NCBI RefSeq assembly: GCF_963921235.1
Contig: NC_086097.1
Coordinates: 227,976,001-228,040,000 of the forward strand
Source: Mobula hypostoma
Taxonomy: Eukaryota
DNA: 64,000 nucleotides
Direction of reading: 5' to 3'
The translations under genes were made by a program, and so were the position numbers. Under the pieces are notes generated by a model, which saw only the letters and a program-made list of their open reading frames with translations, had not been told where the DNA came from and made no database searches. This document shows positions 23,601-35,590 of this stretch, one piece after another (the first letter of the stretch is position 1; every line of letters begins with the position of its first letter).

Positions 23601-26534
23601 TTGAGAAACTTATAACAGCATCTATGAGAGATCCAGAGAGGTCATGCAAGAGAAGCACAAGAACTCCAGCTTCCATGGACATCCCTACCAGCTACACCAG
23701 CACATCAGTCAGGATGCCAGTGCTGAACAGAGTGATCACGAAGAAGTCGTCGCCCATCTTGCTTCCACATCGTGCAGCTGTGATGCAAAATCTGTCTCTA
23801 ATCAACTTCCAGATAAAAACTGTAAATCAAAAATACCTCAATATCCTTGCCAAAGTTGAAGAGGAAAAGTAAAAAGGAAGATGGGGAGACCACATAGCCC
23901 CCCAAGGTCAGAACAACAGAACCAGTTCGACACAAACCAACAGGAGGAGTTGCTCTCTATGATATGCAGCCAACAGGAGGAGCTCTGTGAATTGAGACAG
24001 ACTCTGTTGGAACTCATACAAAGACTCACTGATAACATGGATGTAGTTCAGGACCTAGGCCCTGCCACTTCGATATAGTCTCTGGCCCGGGCCCTGCCAC
24101 CTCGATCCAGCCCATAACCCACCTTTCCAATCTGGCCCTGTGCTTAAATTGGTAAACATCAGCATGTTCCTCGCTCTTGGGCATGGCCTACCACCTGGAC
24201 TCTGCCCTGCCTTGCTTCTGCCACTTCGAATCGCCTCCAAGTCTGCTCCAGCAATAGCCAAACATTGGTTTGCTCCTTGCTCTTGGGTCCGGGCTCCACT
24301 GCCTCAATTCTGCCCTTGCATACTACACCATGACTACCCTGCACCTTTGAATCTTCAAATCACACCGCAAAAACAGGGGGGTCAGAAGCTCAAATCCAAA
24401 AGCGAAGTAACAAGCTATTGATTGCAGGGATGGCTTTCGAGAAAAAGTGTGAGTAATAAGGTAATTAATAGCTGAGTTTGCTGCCAGCACCAGCACCACT
24501 TAAACTGGAACCAAAGAATATCCATATCAAATGTAAAAGGCAAGATTTAACATGAATGCCAGAATGTATTTACTTAATCAGTGACATCACCTTCAAGAAT
24601 AAATTGCTAAGGCCCAGTAGAAGTGTTAAATGGTTCATATATCTCAAGGTGTTCCAGTTGCTGAAACTATCTTACAGACAGTTGAGCTTGCATCATGAAC
24701 AATTATGGTTACTATACATCCATATTTTGACTTAAGGGTTGAGAGGGATTTCCCAGGTTTAGCCCTGATTTGGCCAGTTAATTTTCTCTGCTCATCTGAC
24801 ATTCAGAAGTTACCATAGCTTAATGATCTACAAATGCTTGTAAAGTTATTTTGATGAAGCTGTTGCTCTTTCTCAATTGTCTGTCCATATTTTTGTACAA
24901 ATGATTGGTGTATCTGCAACATAGCCAGTTGCCCCTGAACCCAAGAGGCACAACCTGTAATGAAGCCAACTCTGAGCCTTGCTCCCAGAAATCCTCATTC
25001 CCTTTCATCAATAGATACCTCATAAGTTGCTACCACTGGAATTACATTCCTGATGGCATAGATGGACAAGGGGATGTTAGTACTAACCCATAGATCACAT
25101 TTAGGAAATTAACATCTTAATAAGCATCAATATGGTTTGAGTTTGCAGTTCCTTTATGATCAGGTGACAGAATCAGTATAGTTGACAATCTTGTAAAGAG
25201 AGTGCACAATTTTCAAAAGTTTAGGAAAGGTACAGAGAACAGAATTACTTTTCTACATTTTGTATCCTTTAATCTCCATACCTAGCCCTGCCAGTTCATT
25301 CACAAATTCAGATTCAATCTCACTGCACGCCAAATCTCAGGCTCTTGAACCAAAGGGGATAACCTCACTTACTCCAACACTGAACTGTTCCCACAACCTA
25401 TGGACTCACCTTCACGGCCTCTTCATTTCATGCTCTCAATATTTACTGCTTATTTATTATTATTATTTTGCTTTTTTTTGCATTTTACATATCGTTTGCT
25501 TTTCTGTCGTGTTGTATGAAGTGTTTCATTGATTTTATTGTGTTTCTTTGCATTAACTGTGAATGCCTGCAAGAAAATACATCTCCAAGTTGTATATGGT
25601 GACATAAATGTACCTTGAAAATTACTTTAAATTTTAAAACATCTCAATTTCCCAGTAACTGCCTCGATAATAGCCAAAATTGCTGAACGTCCTTGGGAAT
25701 AATGACATCCATAAACTGCATCAAATCTCTGCAACTGCATCCAAAAACTGCATCAGATTTCTTCCAATATGTATCCGTCTCACAGCAAACATCAATATCT
25801 TTGCCCATCTAAACTTCTAACCCTGCCATATGTTTATTTGCCTCTTTAAGTTAATGTGATACACTTTCAATCATATCACCCTGAAAGTAAAATGTTGTGC
25901 TGTTGAAAATGAACTTAAGCAGAGCAAAATTCATACATTTCTGAGATTCAACCACCTGGAAATTTGCCTCACCGTTTTCTGACAGGATTTACATTTGCCC
26001 TAATACTTGATTTTCTCGTGCAAAACATCCGAATGTGAGGTCCCCTTTCAGGCAACATGCAAAATCCATCTGCAGTGAGACCTCGATCTTAGTGTGAGAA
26101 ATAAAAATTCCCACACACAGAGAAGATTAAGTAATCCCTGAAACTATGCTATTTAAAAAGCCAACAGTCAAACAGCATTTTTGTCTGCCCTAGATCTATA
26201 ACACCCTTAAAGCTTCAAATACAAATTTGTGCCCTCATTGTTTTGCCTGTGGTCACCTTTGACTTCCTTACCTCATGATTATTCCAGGCTGCTATTACTA
26301 TCCTGTGTCACATTACAGATTTTGCTGCTCTTTTATATATTAAGAAGGTCACAAAAATCCATAACCAAGGAGAAAAGATTTCATGTACTTTTCCTTCAGC
26401 CCACAGGAGCTGGGAGTGTTGGTAACATTTCCAACTTCATCAAATACCAAGTATTTATGGATTTTAGTCATGGTTTTAGTGGTTTTACAGGGATTTCTCT
26501 GCCAACTTCTTACCAGGAGAACCAAGGTTTAGTT

Positions 26535-27141
26535 CTGAAAGACAACACTTCACCTGCAAATCTGCTGGGGTCATCACTGTGTCTGGTGCTCCCGATGCAG
26601 CCTCCTCTACATTGGTGAGACTCATTGTAAATTGGGTTCCGCTTCGTCAAGCACCTCTGCACCATCTGTCAAAAGCGGAAGTTCCCGGTGGCCTAACATT
26701 TTAATTCCAATCCCCATTCTCATTCAGACATGTCGATCTATGGCCTCCTCTTGTCCCACAGTGAGGCCAACCCCCAGGGTGGGAGCAGCAGCACCTTATA
26801 TTCCGTCTGCATAGCCTCCAACCTGATGGCATAAATATCGATTTCTCTATCCGATAAAAATTTTTTCCTCCCTCCTCTCTTCTTCTATTCCCCACTATGG
26901 CCTCACCTCTTCTCACCTGCCTATCACCTCCCTTGCTTCCTCTCCTCCTTCCCTTTCCCTTATGGCCCACTCTCCTCTTCAAACCTTTACCTTTCCTGCC
27001 CACCTGGCACCTTCTAGCTACTCTCCTTTGCCCCCACTTTTTTATTCTGGCACCTTCCCCCGTCTGTTCCAGTTCTGAAGAAGGGTCTTGGCCCAAAACA
27101 TCACCAGTTTATTTCATAGATGCTGCCTGACCTGCTGAGTT
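26535..27141 (+). mobile_element. Penelope-like element 3' fragment: GIY-YIG endonuclease remnant, pyrimidine-rich UTR and hammerhead remnant
   Basis: Frameshift-tolerant translation gives QHFTCKSAGV...CVWCSRCSLLYIGETHCKLG...RFVKHL. Ends ctgaagaagggtcttggcccaaaacatc. Confidence 0.8.
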
Positions 27142-27289
27142 GGTGCTGCTTTAGTTCTGGAATGCCTCCTGTGGGCAGTGATCTTCAATAGACTGTCCAG
27201 ATCCTTCTAATCCCCTGACAGTACTCTGCCACCTTATTCCATCATTGCTGTATCCATTCAGTCAACAGCTGCACTCCTCTGTATCTAGT

Positions 27290-27680
27290 AGAACACAGAA
27301 CACAGAACAGCACAGTATAGGCCCACCAGCCCACGATGTTGTGCCAAACTGTTAACCTACCCTAAATTCAACATAACCCTTCCCTCCCACATAGCGCTCC
27401 ATTTTCTTTATCATCCTTGAATGCCCCCAATATATCTTCCTCTACCACCTCCCTGGCAGCACAGTCCACGCACTCACTACACTCTGTAAAAAATGTAACT
27501 CCATCATTCCACCTAGACTTTCCACTAAAGACCCAAAAATTATGCCCCCTCATACTAGCCATTTCTGCCCTGGGTAAAAGTCTCTGGCTGACTACTTGAT
27601 CTATGCTTCCTATCAATTTGTACACCTTTATCAAGTCAGCTCTTCACTCCAAAGAGAAAAGCCCTTGCTTGCTCAATTTA
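27290..27680 (-). mobile_element. CR1 3' end
   Basis: IKVYKLIGSIDQVVSQRLLPRAEMASMRGH, plus a cagaa/ttctg tail. Confidence 0.8.
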
Positions 27681-28224
27681 CAACATTGACCTGTAAGATT
27701 TAGCTATCAAGATCATACCTGTTTTGCCTCATGCAGACAACTGTGAGAACTTGCATTAATAGGGAATAATGTATTGATCTCAACAATGTAAGTTTCAGCA
27801 TGGAGTTACACTGGGAAGCCAAACAGTCCTGTGAGTTTTGCAATTGAAGTCTGTGCTTTTCACGCAACTTTCACAGTGCTACAGTGAGAGGGAATGCCAC
27901 TGTAAACAGCAAAACTAGATGGTTTGAAGCAATTTCTTGAACAAAGTCTTTGACAAGTTTTGTTACCTTTCTTAATGCATTCACTGTTTGGTGCCACATT
28001 TTCTTTTGCATGTGAACTGTATGTTGTTACTAGGGCTGCCATTTCTTCAGCTTCCTTTGCTTTGTGAAGACTTCTGGCATAATGAGCTGCTTTTAAAGCC
28101 CGTCAAAAGCTTGCTTCCTTTGCTTCACTGAAACGCTTGTCTTGCTCTTCTCATGGTGTCGCCAAACTAGCTGAAGAGCTAAACAGCTTCTCTGCTTGCT
28201 TTGGGGTGGTGGTAGACAATGAGG

Positions 28225-30660
28225 AACCAGTGATGAGGGCCTTACTATTGGATGGAGGAGCTGTGCCGACACTGTAAAGTCAATACATGCGAAGCAGCAG
28301 GACCAGATGGCAGAAGTTCTGACGGGTATTTATAAACTCTCCCAGTCCCAGGTTATGGTTCTTGCATGCTTCAAAGCAGCAACAACCATACCATTCCCCA
28401 ACATGTCAGCAGCAACATGTCTTAATAACTACAGACCAGTGGCACTCACTCCCAAGTGGCCAAGTGCTTGGAAAGGTTGGTCATCTCCCACATCAAGGAC
28501 ATAATCCTGGCTACCTTGGACCACCTTCAAGGCAAATAGATCAACTGAAGACAGCATTTCTATGGCCCTTCATACTGTCTTACAACCCTTGGAGCACAAA
28601 GACACCTACATCAGAATGCTTTTAGTTGATTACAGATCAGCCTTTAGCATCTTTTACCGAACAAGCCGACTCTCAAGTTCCACTGTCTAGAATTCGACAC
28701 ATCAACCTGTATCTTGGATCTTGGAGTTTATTTATTGATTAATTGATTGAGATACAGTGCAGAATAGGCCCTTCCGACCCTTTGATCGACCCAGAAATCC
28801 CCTGATTTAACCCTAGACTAATCATAGGCCAATTAACAATAACCATTTAACCTACTAACTGGTACATCTTTAGACTGCGGGAGGAAACCGGAGCACCCAG
28901 AGGAAACCCACACAGTCACTGTGACTTCCTCACTAATCGTATCCAGACGGTGAAACTAGGCTAGTGCAGATCAGCCCCCCCACTAACCCTGAACACCGGT
29001 AAACCAAGCCCACTTCTCCATACTCTCTTCACCTGGAGGGCCGAGCTTAGTCAAGATGGTGCTAAACGGCAACTCCTTTGCTTGCATCTTCGGAAACAGC
29101 TCTATTTCCATCTTTAATATCTCTATTTTCCCTTTTCAGGGTTCTTTTGAAGACCCTGACCCGGAGTTACACGCTGACTTTGGTTCTTTGCGGGAATGGG
29201 ACCCGCTCTCAGGGTTTCACGACTGGCCGTCATCCGACATTAGGGCACGGCTTAAGAGCTCGGCTCGCTTTTGGAGCCCTATGATCTCAGGAGACAGGCG
29301 GATTGAAGACCGGTGTGTCAAGGGAGCCGGAAGATCTTTGGTTGTGTACCCAGAGACCTGAGATCTTTGGGCACAGAGCTCAGAAAAAGCAACGCAATGG
29401 ACTTTCAACATCATAAACCAGTAAGTTGATTGTTATGTCTCCCCTCTCACTGTGAAAAGGCGACATGTGTTTCTTCCTTATTAGGGAGAGAGAGAGCCTG
29501 TGGTATGTCAAACACCAGGTGAACAATGTAGTCTTTGGAGTACTGCAAGTCTGTGTCTTTGTTGTTGCTTTGCTCACGCTTGAGTGCTCGGTGGTGGGTG
29601 CTAATGCTTTTTTTCGCTGGTGGGGTGAGAGGGGATCATTGCTTGCTGCCACTTACATGCAGGAGGGAGGAGAGCTGGGGGGGACTTTGGGGTTCTAACA
29701 TTTAGCTGTCATTCATTCTTTGGGGCATTCCTCTGTTTTTTGTGGATGATTGTGAAGAAAAAACATTTCAGGATGTATATTGTATACATTTCTCTGACAT
29801 TAAAAGTACCTCAAGACCTATGACTGCACTCTTAATCATCAAATTTGCAGACAACACAACTGTGATTGGCCTAATCACAAACAATAGCAAATTGCATGTA
29901 GAGAGGAGATTCTGAAACTGTCTGATTGGTGCAGGAACCACAACCTAGCACTCAAAATCAAGAAGACAAAGGAAGTGATAATTGAATTTGGGAAGGCAAT
30001 GCCCCACTGTGTGGTAGTGGATAGAATCTCATGTTTCAACTTTTTGAGGATGAACATCACTGAGGAGCTCTCTTAGTCTGTCAACACTACTTCAATAGTA
30101 AGGAAAGCACAAGAGTGACTATATCATCTGAGGTGCTGAAGGAGAGCTAACCTGCCCTGAAAATTGCTGGCCAACTTTTATCGATGTGCGATAGATATGG
30201 AATGACAGTGTGGTATTCTAGCTACAGCAAGGCAGATCACAAAGCTCTCCAGCAGGAGATTAAGACGGCTCAACACTTCACTGGGACTCAATTACTGGAC
30301 CTGGAGCCCATCTATAATTCTTGATGTCTATAGTGCGCTCGTAACGTCATTAAAGACCCATCCTATTCCAGATAGTCTCTGTTCAATCTCCTGCCATTGG
30401 TAGGAGATACAGAGACATCTTAGCCAAGACAGTAAGACTGAGAAACAGCTCATTCTCGAGGGCTGTTGTGCAGCTGAACAGTGTCACACCCCAGCTTGCC
30501 AATGACCTTTTGAGTGTTGTGGACTATTAGAATCACTTGTTAAATACAGGATTTTTAATTAAGTTGTACCACATGAATTGTAAGTATCTGTTGTGAACGG
30601 ACTGGAGTTGTATCACAGTCTTGTCTTGAGCACTGACAATAAAGTTCTATTTTATTCTTT
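28225..30660 (+). mobile_element. Rex1/Babar LINE RT fragment and 3' end, interrupted by a V-SINE and by the 29037-29810 element
   Basis: CFKAATTIP...CLNNYRPVALTP, IIKFADNTTVIGLI and NLLPLVGDT remnants; ends in AATAAA. Confidence 0.85.
29037..29810 (+). mobile_element. Non-autonomous retroposon with a CAAGATGG head and CpG-rich body
   Basis: Splits the host RT codons ctcttcacct|...|acctatgactgc (LFT-YDC). Homologous to 5492-5830; no credible ORF. Confidence 0.7.
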
Positions 30661-31631
30661 TAATCATGACATCCTTTAAACTTCATTTTCCTGCAATTTC
30701 CCTTTTAATAGACCTGTATTTACACCTGCGATTGTAAACATTAACTCAAATTATCTTATGCAAAGAATTGAATTTGTCTTAGTGAAGATATTTCGGGTGA
30801 GCTAAGCTGTTATTAATTAATTTAATATGGATTAACCTGCAGACGAAAATCAATTCCATTGATTCCAGAACTAACTGCAAATAGAATTAATAGTAAAGGA
30901 GTGTAAAATAGATTTAATCCATCCATTCAAACTAGACAGGTGTTACAGCAGTGGCTAGAGACCACTTTAGTTACAAATCCAGTAAATTTCAGTACAACCT
31001 GAAGTTGGTACAAAATGGTCCCAGAACACATTCTACACAATCAGGAAAGTTCACCAACATCTCCACATTCTGAGGAGGCCATGGAGAGCTGGACTATGCA
31101 TATCTATACTCATGTCATTCTACAGATATGCAGCAGAATGCATGCTAACAAGCTGCATCATATCATGGTATGGAAACTGCACTACAGTGGACAGGAAGGC
31201 TGCACAACAGGTAGTCAAAACTGCCCAATGCATCACCAGCACCAACCACCCGCCATCAAGGACATATATACAAAAAGGTGTTGGAAAAGGAGTGGTAAGA
31301 TTATGAAGGATCCCATACACCCTTCTCGTGAATTGTTTGTTGAGCTCCCACCAGGGAGGAGGTTACATGCGGAAATGATGTAGGATTGGTGATATGATTC
31401 CAAGTCAGAATGGTGAGCAGCTTGGAGATGAAGCGGTAGGCAGTAGTACCATGCACTTGATGCCCGTGTGTTTTGGTGAATGTGAAGATCACAGGTTTGT
31501 GAAAAGCAACCTGGACTGGTAATGGTAGTGCCTTCTGTAGATGATACACACTGCAGTTCATTGCGCTTAGTGGTCAAAGTCAAAAACAAAGTACATTTAT
31601 TATCAAAGTAGGTATGTCATATACATATTTT

Positions 31632-32216
31632 TCTTAAGGTTGTTATAGCTAGGGAAGGTAGTAGGTATAAGCTCCTAATACCTATAAAATGCTCTTAATG
31701 GTGTGCATCTCAAATAGCCTCTGACAACCACGTCCAGCTCCTGGCCTTCACATGTGGCTTAGATACTAAGCCCAGCAGAACAGTTTTACTGACAGGAGAA
31801 GGGGCAAAGGCAGGGTTACTGGCACCTTAAAACCAATCGCTTTGGGTAGATGGGATCATCAGCTGTGGCTGGCAGCTTATCGATCAAAAGAATAACTTTG
31901 ATCTCAAACCTCCGCTGCCTTGTGGCCATAACACTCATGGGGAATACTTCGGGAGTAAACCACAAGGAAAAATCCAGAGCTGGAATCCCCAAGGCATTCC
32001 TACAACACTGACTGGCAACTCCTGCGATGCCGCTGGTGCCAAACTGTATCAGTCTCCATAGCTCCTTTGGGTTCATCAGTTGTGTGGAGAAGGGGAACCA
32101 GCTGAAAGGTCAACAGCTTGCTCTCCATATATACTGTCCTGGCTTGCGTATGAGCTTGCGATCAGATAGACAGCTAGGACATAATACCCATAGTCGACCC
32201 CAAGCAATAGAGGGCT
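31632..32216 (+). mobile_element. RTE-type non-autonomous element, 5' portion including the candidate ribozyme fold
   Basis: Colinear with the reverse complement of ~2440-3010. Confidence 0.65.
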
Positions 32217-33255
32217 TCAGTAAACCATATACAACCTTGAGCTTCATCTTCTTGCAGGCAGCCACAAAACAAAGAAACACAATAGAACCCAGAAAAAAAC
32301 CATACAACAAAAACCAGCCAATGTGTGAAAATGTTTTTTCCATTTAATGATAATAAAAGTGAACAAATTATATACAGAACATAAATTGCACAGTCCTTGA
32401 AATGGAGTTGACTGCCCCGGAGCCTGTTCAACAATGAGGCAAGTGTCAATGGCTGCAGGCCACACCACAGCTGCTGAGTCAGTTCAGCGCTGAGGCAAGT
32501 AAAGCCTCACAGAGTAGTGGGCCGAACACCAGCTTGTCCTTCACCCTCGGCCTCAAAGACATAACTTTTTTAATCCGGCTCAGTGCTTAAAGTGGCTAAA
32601 CATCAATTTGTTTTTCATTCTCAGGCAAGGGCCCTGCCACTTCAATCCTGCGCCAAATTGTCAGTATGACATCTAAAACGTTGATAAACTTCTATAGGTG
32701 TGTGGTGGAGAGTATTGGTGAAGTATTTTGACAGGTTGCATCACAGCCTGGTATGGAAATACAAATGCCCTCGAATGAAAAATCCTACAAAAAGTAGTGG
32801 ATAAGGCCCACTCAATCATGGTAAAGCCCTCCCCATCAATAAGCATATCTCCATGAAACGTTGTTACGGGAAAGCAGCATCCATTTTCAGAGACTCCCAC
32901 CACCCAGGACGTGCTCTCTTCTCAATGCTACCATCAGGAAACTCAGGACTCAGACCACTACATTCAGGAACAGTTATTACCCCTCAACCATCAGTCTTCT
33001 GAACCAGAGGGGATAACTTCACTCGCCCCATCACTGAAACATTCCCACAACCTACTGACTCACTTTCATCTCATGTTCTCAATATTCATTGTTTATTTAT
33101 TTATTATTTCTTTCTTTTCATACTTGTACACACAGTTTGGTGTTTTCTGCATACTGGTTGAACGGATCATTGGTTCGGTATTTCATTGATTCGATTATGG
33201 ATTTATTGAGGATGCCCACAAGAAAATGAACCTCAGGGTTGTATATTGTGATATA

Positions 33256-34781
33256 CAGTGGTGCAGGAAGGTTTGTGAACCCTGCAGAATTTTCCCTATT
33301 TTTGCATAAATATGGCTGCAAATGTGATCAGATCTTCACATAAGTCCTAGAACCCAGATAAATAAATAACATAAAAATTATACCTGTTCATTTATTTATT
33401 GAGAAAAATGATCCAATATTACATACATTTGTTGGAAAAAAGTATGTGAATCACTGGGGTAATGCCTTCTAGAAAAACTATTTGGAGTCAGGTGTTCCAA
33501 TTAATGAGATGAGATTGGAAGTGCGCGTTGCAGCGTTGCCCTGTCCTATATAAATAAAACACACACACATAAAGTCAATATACTGCCAGAGCCTGCTCTT
33601 CTCATGAAAGGTCACCATGCCTTGATCAAAACAACTTTCAGAGGACCTTAGAAGAAGAATTGTCGAGATGCTTGAAGTTGGAAAAGGCTACAAAGCATTT
33701 CTAAAGATCTGAATGTTCATCAGTCTATGGTAAGAGAAATTGTCTACAAATGGAGCAAACTTATTACTGTTGCTACTCTCCCTATCAGTGGACATCCTGC
33801 AAAGATCACACCATGAGCACAATGTGCAATGGTGAAAAAGAACCCAAGGGTAACAGCAAAAGACCTGCAGAAATCTCTAGAATTTGCTAAAGTCTCTGTT
33901 CATGCATCTGCTATAAGAAAAACACCAAACAAGAATGGTGTTCATGTAAGGACACCACAGAGGAAACCATTGCTTTCCAAAAAAACATTAGTGCACATCT
34001 AAAGTTTGCAAAAGACCACATGGATGTTCTATAACACTTCTGGGGCTATCCACTCTGTCTATTCCTCTTAATATCTTGTACACCTCTATCATGTCTCCTC
34101 TCATCCTCCTTCTCTCCAAAGAGTAAAGCCCAAGCTCCCTTATTCTCTGATTATAATGCATACTGTCTAATACAGGCAGCATCCTGGTAAATCTCCTCTG
34201 TACCCTTTCTAATGCTTCCACATCCTTCCTATAGTGAGGCAACCAGAACTGGACACAATACTCCAAGTGTGGCCTAACCAGAGTTTTACAGAGCTGCATC
34301 ATTACCTCGTGACTCTTAAACTCTATCCCTCGACTTATGAAAGACAATACCCCATAAGCTTTCTTAACTACCCTATCTACCTCTGAGGCAACATTCAGGG
34401 ATCTGTGGACATGTATCCCCAGATCCTTCTGCTCCTCCACACTACCAGTTTTGTAAGTAGGAATGGCCTAAAATTCCTCCAAGCCAATGTGCAGGACTGG
34501 TCAACAGTTACCAGGAGAGTTTGGTTGAAGTTATTGCTGTACAAGGGGGTCATACCAGTTACTGAAAGCAATGGTTCACATACTTTTTCCAACAAATACA
34601 TGTAATATTGGACCATTTTTCTCAATAAATAAATGAACAAGTATAATATTTTTTATGTTACTTATTTAATTGGTTTCTCTTTAGTTTTTGGACTTATGTG
34701 AAGATCTGATAACATTTTATATCATTTTTATGCAGAAATGGAGAAAATCCTACAGGGTTCACTAACTTTCTAGAACCACTG
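33256..34781 (+). mobile_element. Tc1/mariner IR/DR-type DNA transposon, defective transposase
   Basis: TA|CAGTGG...CCACTG|TA termini and ~200-bp imperfect inverted repeats. Transposase N-terminus from 33618 reads MP*SKQLSEDLRRRIVEMLEVGKGYK; C-terminus EWPKIPPSQCAGLVNSY...GGHTSY* ends at ~34565. The catalytic core is replaced by CR1 DNA. Confidence 0.92.
34044..34447 (-). mobile_element. Internal CR1 ORF2 fragment inside the Tc1 transposase
   Basis: EEQKDLGIHVHRSL...RGDMIEVYKILRGIDRVDS, colinear with 52878-53281. Confidence 0.9.
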
Positions 34782-35099
34782 TATATGTACTTTGATAATA
34801 AATTTACTTTGCAGTCTCTCCAACAATGCAGCCATACCTGCATTTTCAAAAGTCCAGTTAGCCAAATCCTTTAGGATACTCTAAAAATGGCAGGTCATAC
34901 TGACGGTTCAAAAACACAACTCCCAAAGTGAAATTACAGGCTGTAGATTGCAGTGATGGTAGTCCAGAAAAAAAAATATTTAGTAGAATAGTTGGTAGTT
35001 TTGTTAACTGCCCGCAAAAAGTCATCGTGTCTTGCCAGTGTGACCTTGGGCCATCAATTGAATGAAGTACCAAGCAGTGGTGACGTTCTTGAGGGTTAC

Positions 35100-35590
35100 A
35101 TAGAAACATAGAAAATAGGTGCAGGAGTAGGCCATTCGGCCCTTTGAGCCTGTACCGCCATTCAGTATGATCATGGCTGATCATCCAACTCAGAACCCTG
35201 TACCTGCCTTCTCTCCATACCCCTGATCCCTTTAGCCACAAGGGCCATATCTAACTCCCTCTTAAATATAGCCAAAGAACTGGCCTCAACTGTTTCCTGT
35301 GGCAGAGAATTCCACAGATCCACCACTCTCTGTGTGAAGAAGTTTTTCCTCATCTCGGTTCTAAAAGGCTTCCCCTTTATCCTTAAATTGTGACCCCTTG
35401 TTCTGGACTTCCCCAACATCGGGAACAATCTTCCTGCATCTAGCCTGTCTAATCTCTTTCAGATTTTATACGTTTCAATAAGATCCCCCCTCAATCTTCT
35501 AAATTTCAATGAGTATAAGCCTAGTCAATCCAGTCTTTCATCATATGAAAGTCCTGCCATCCCAGGAATCAATCTGGTGAACCTTCTTCA
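35100..35590 (-). mobile_element. Young CR1 3' end
   Basis: RTRGHNLRIKG...NFFTQRVVDLWNSLP. The terminal ~210 bp is nearly identical to 57251-57460. Confidence 0.88.
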
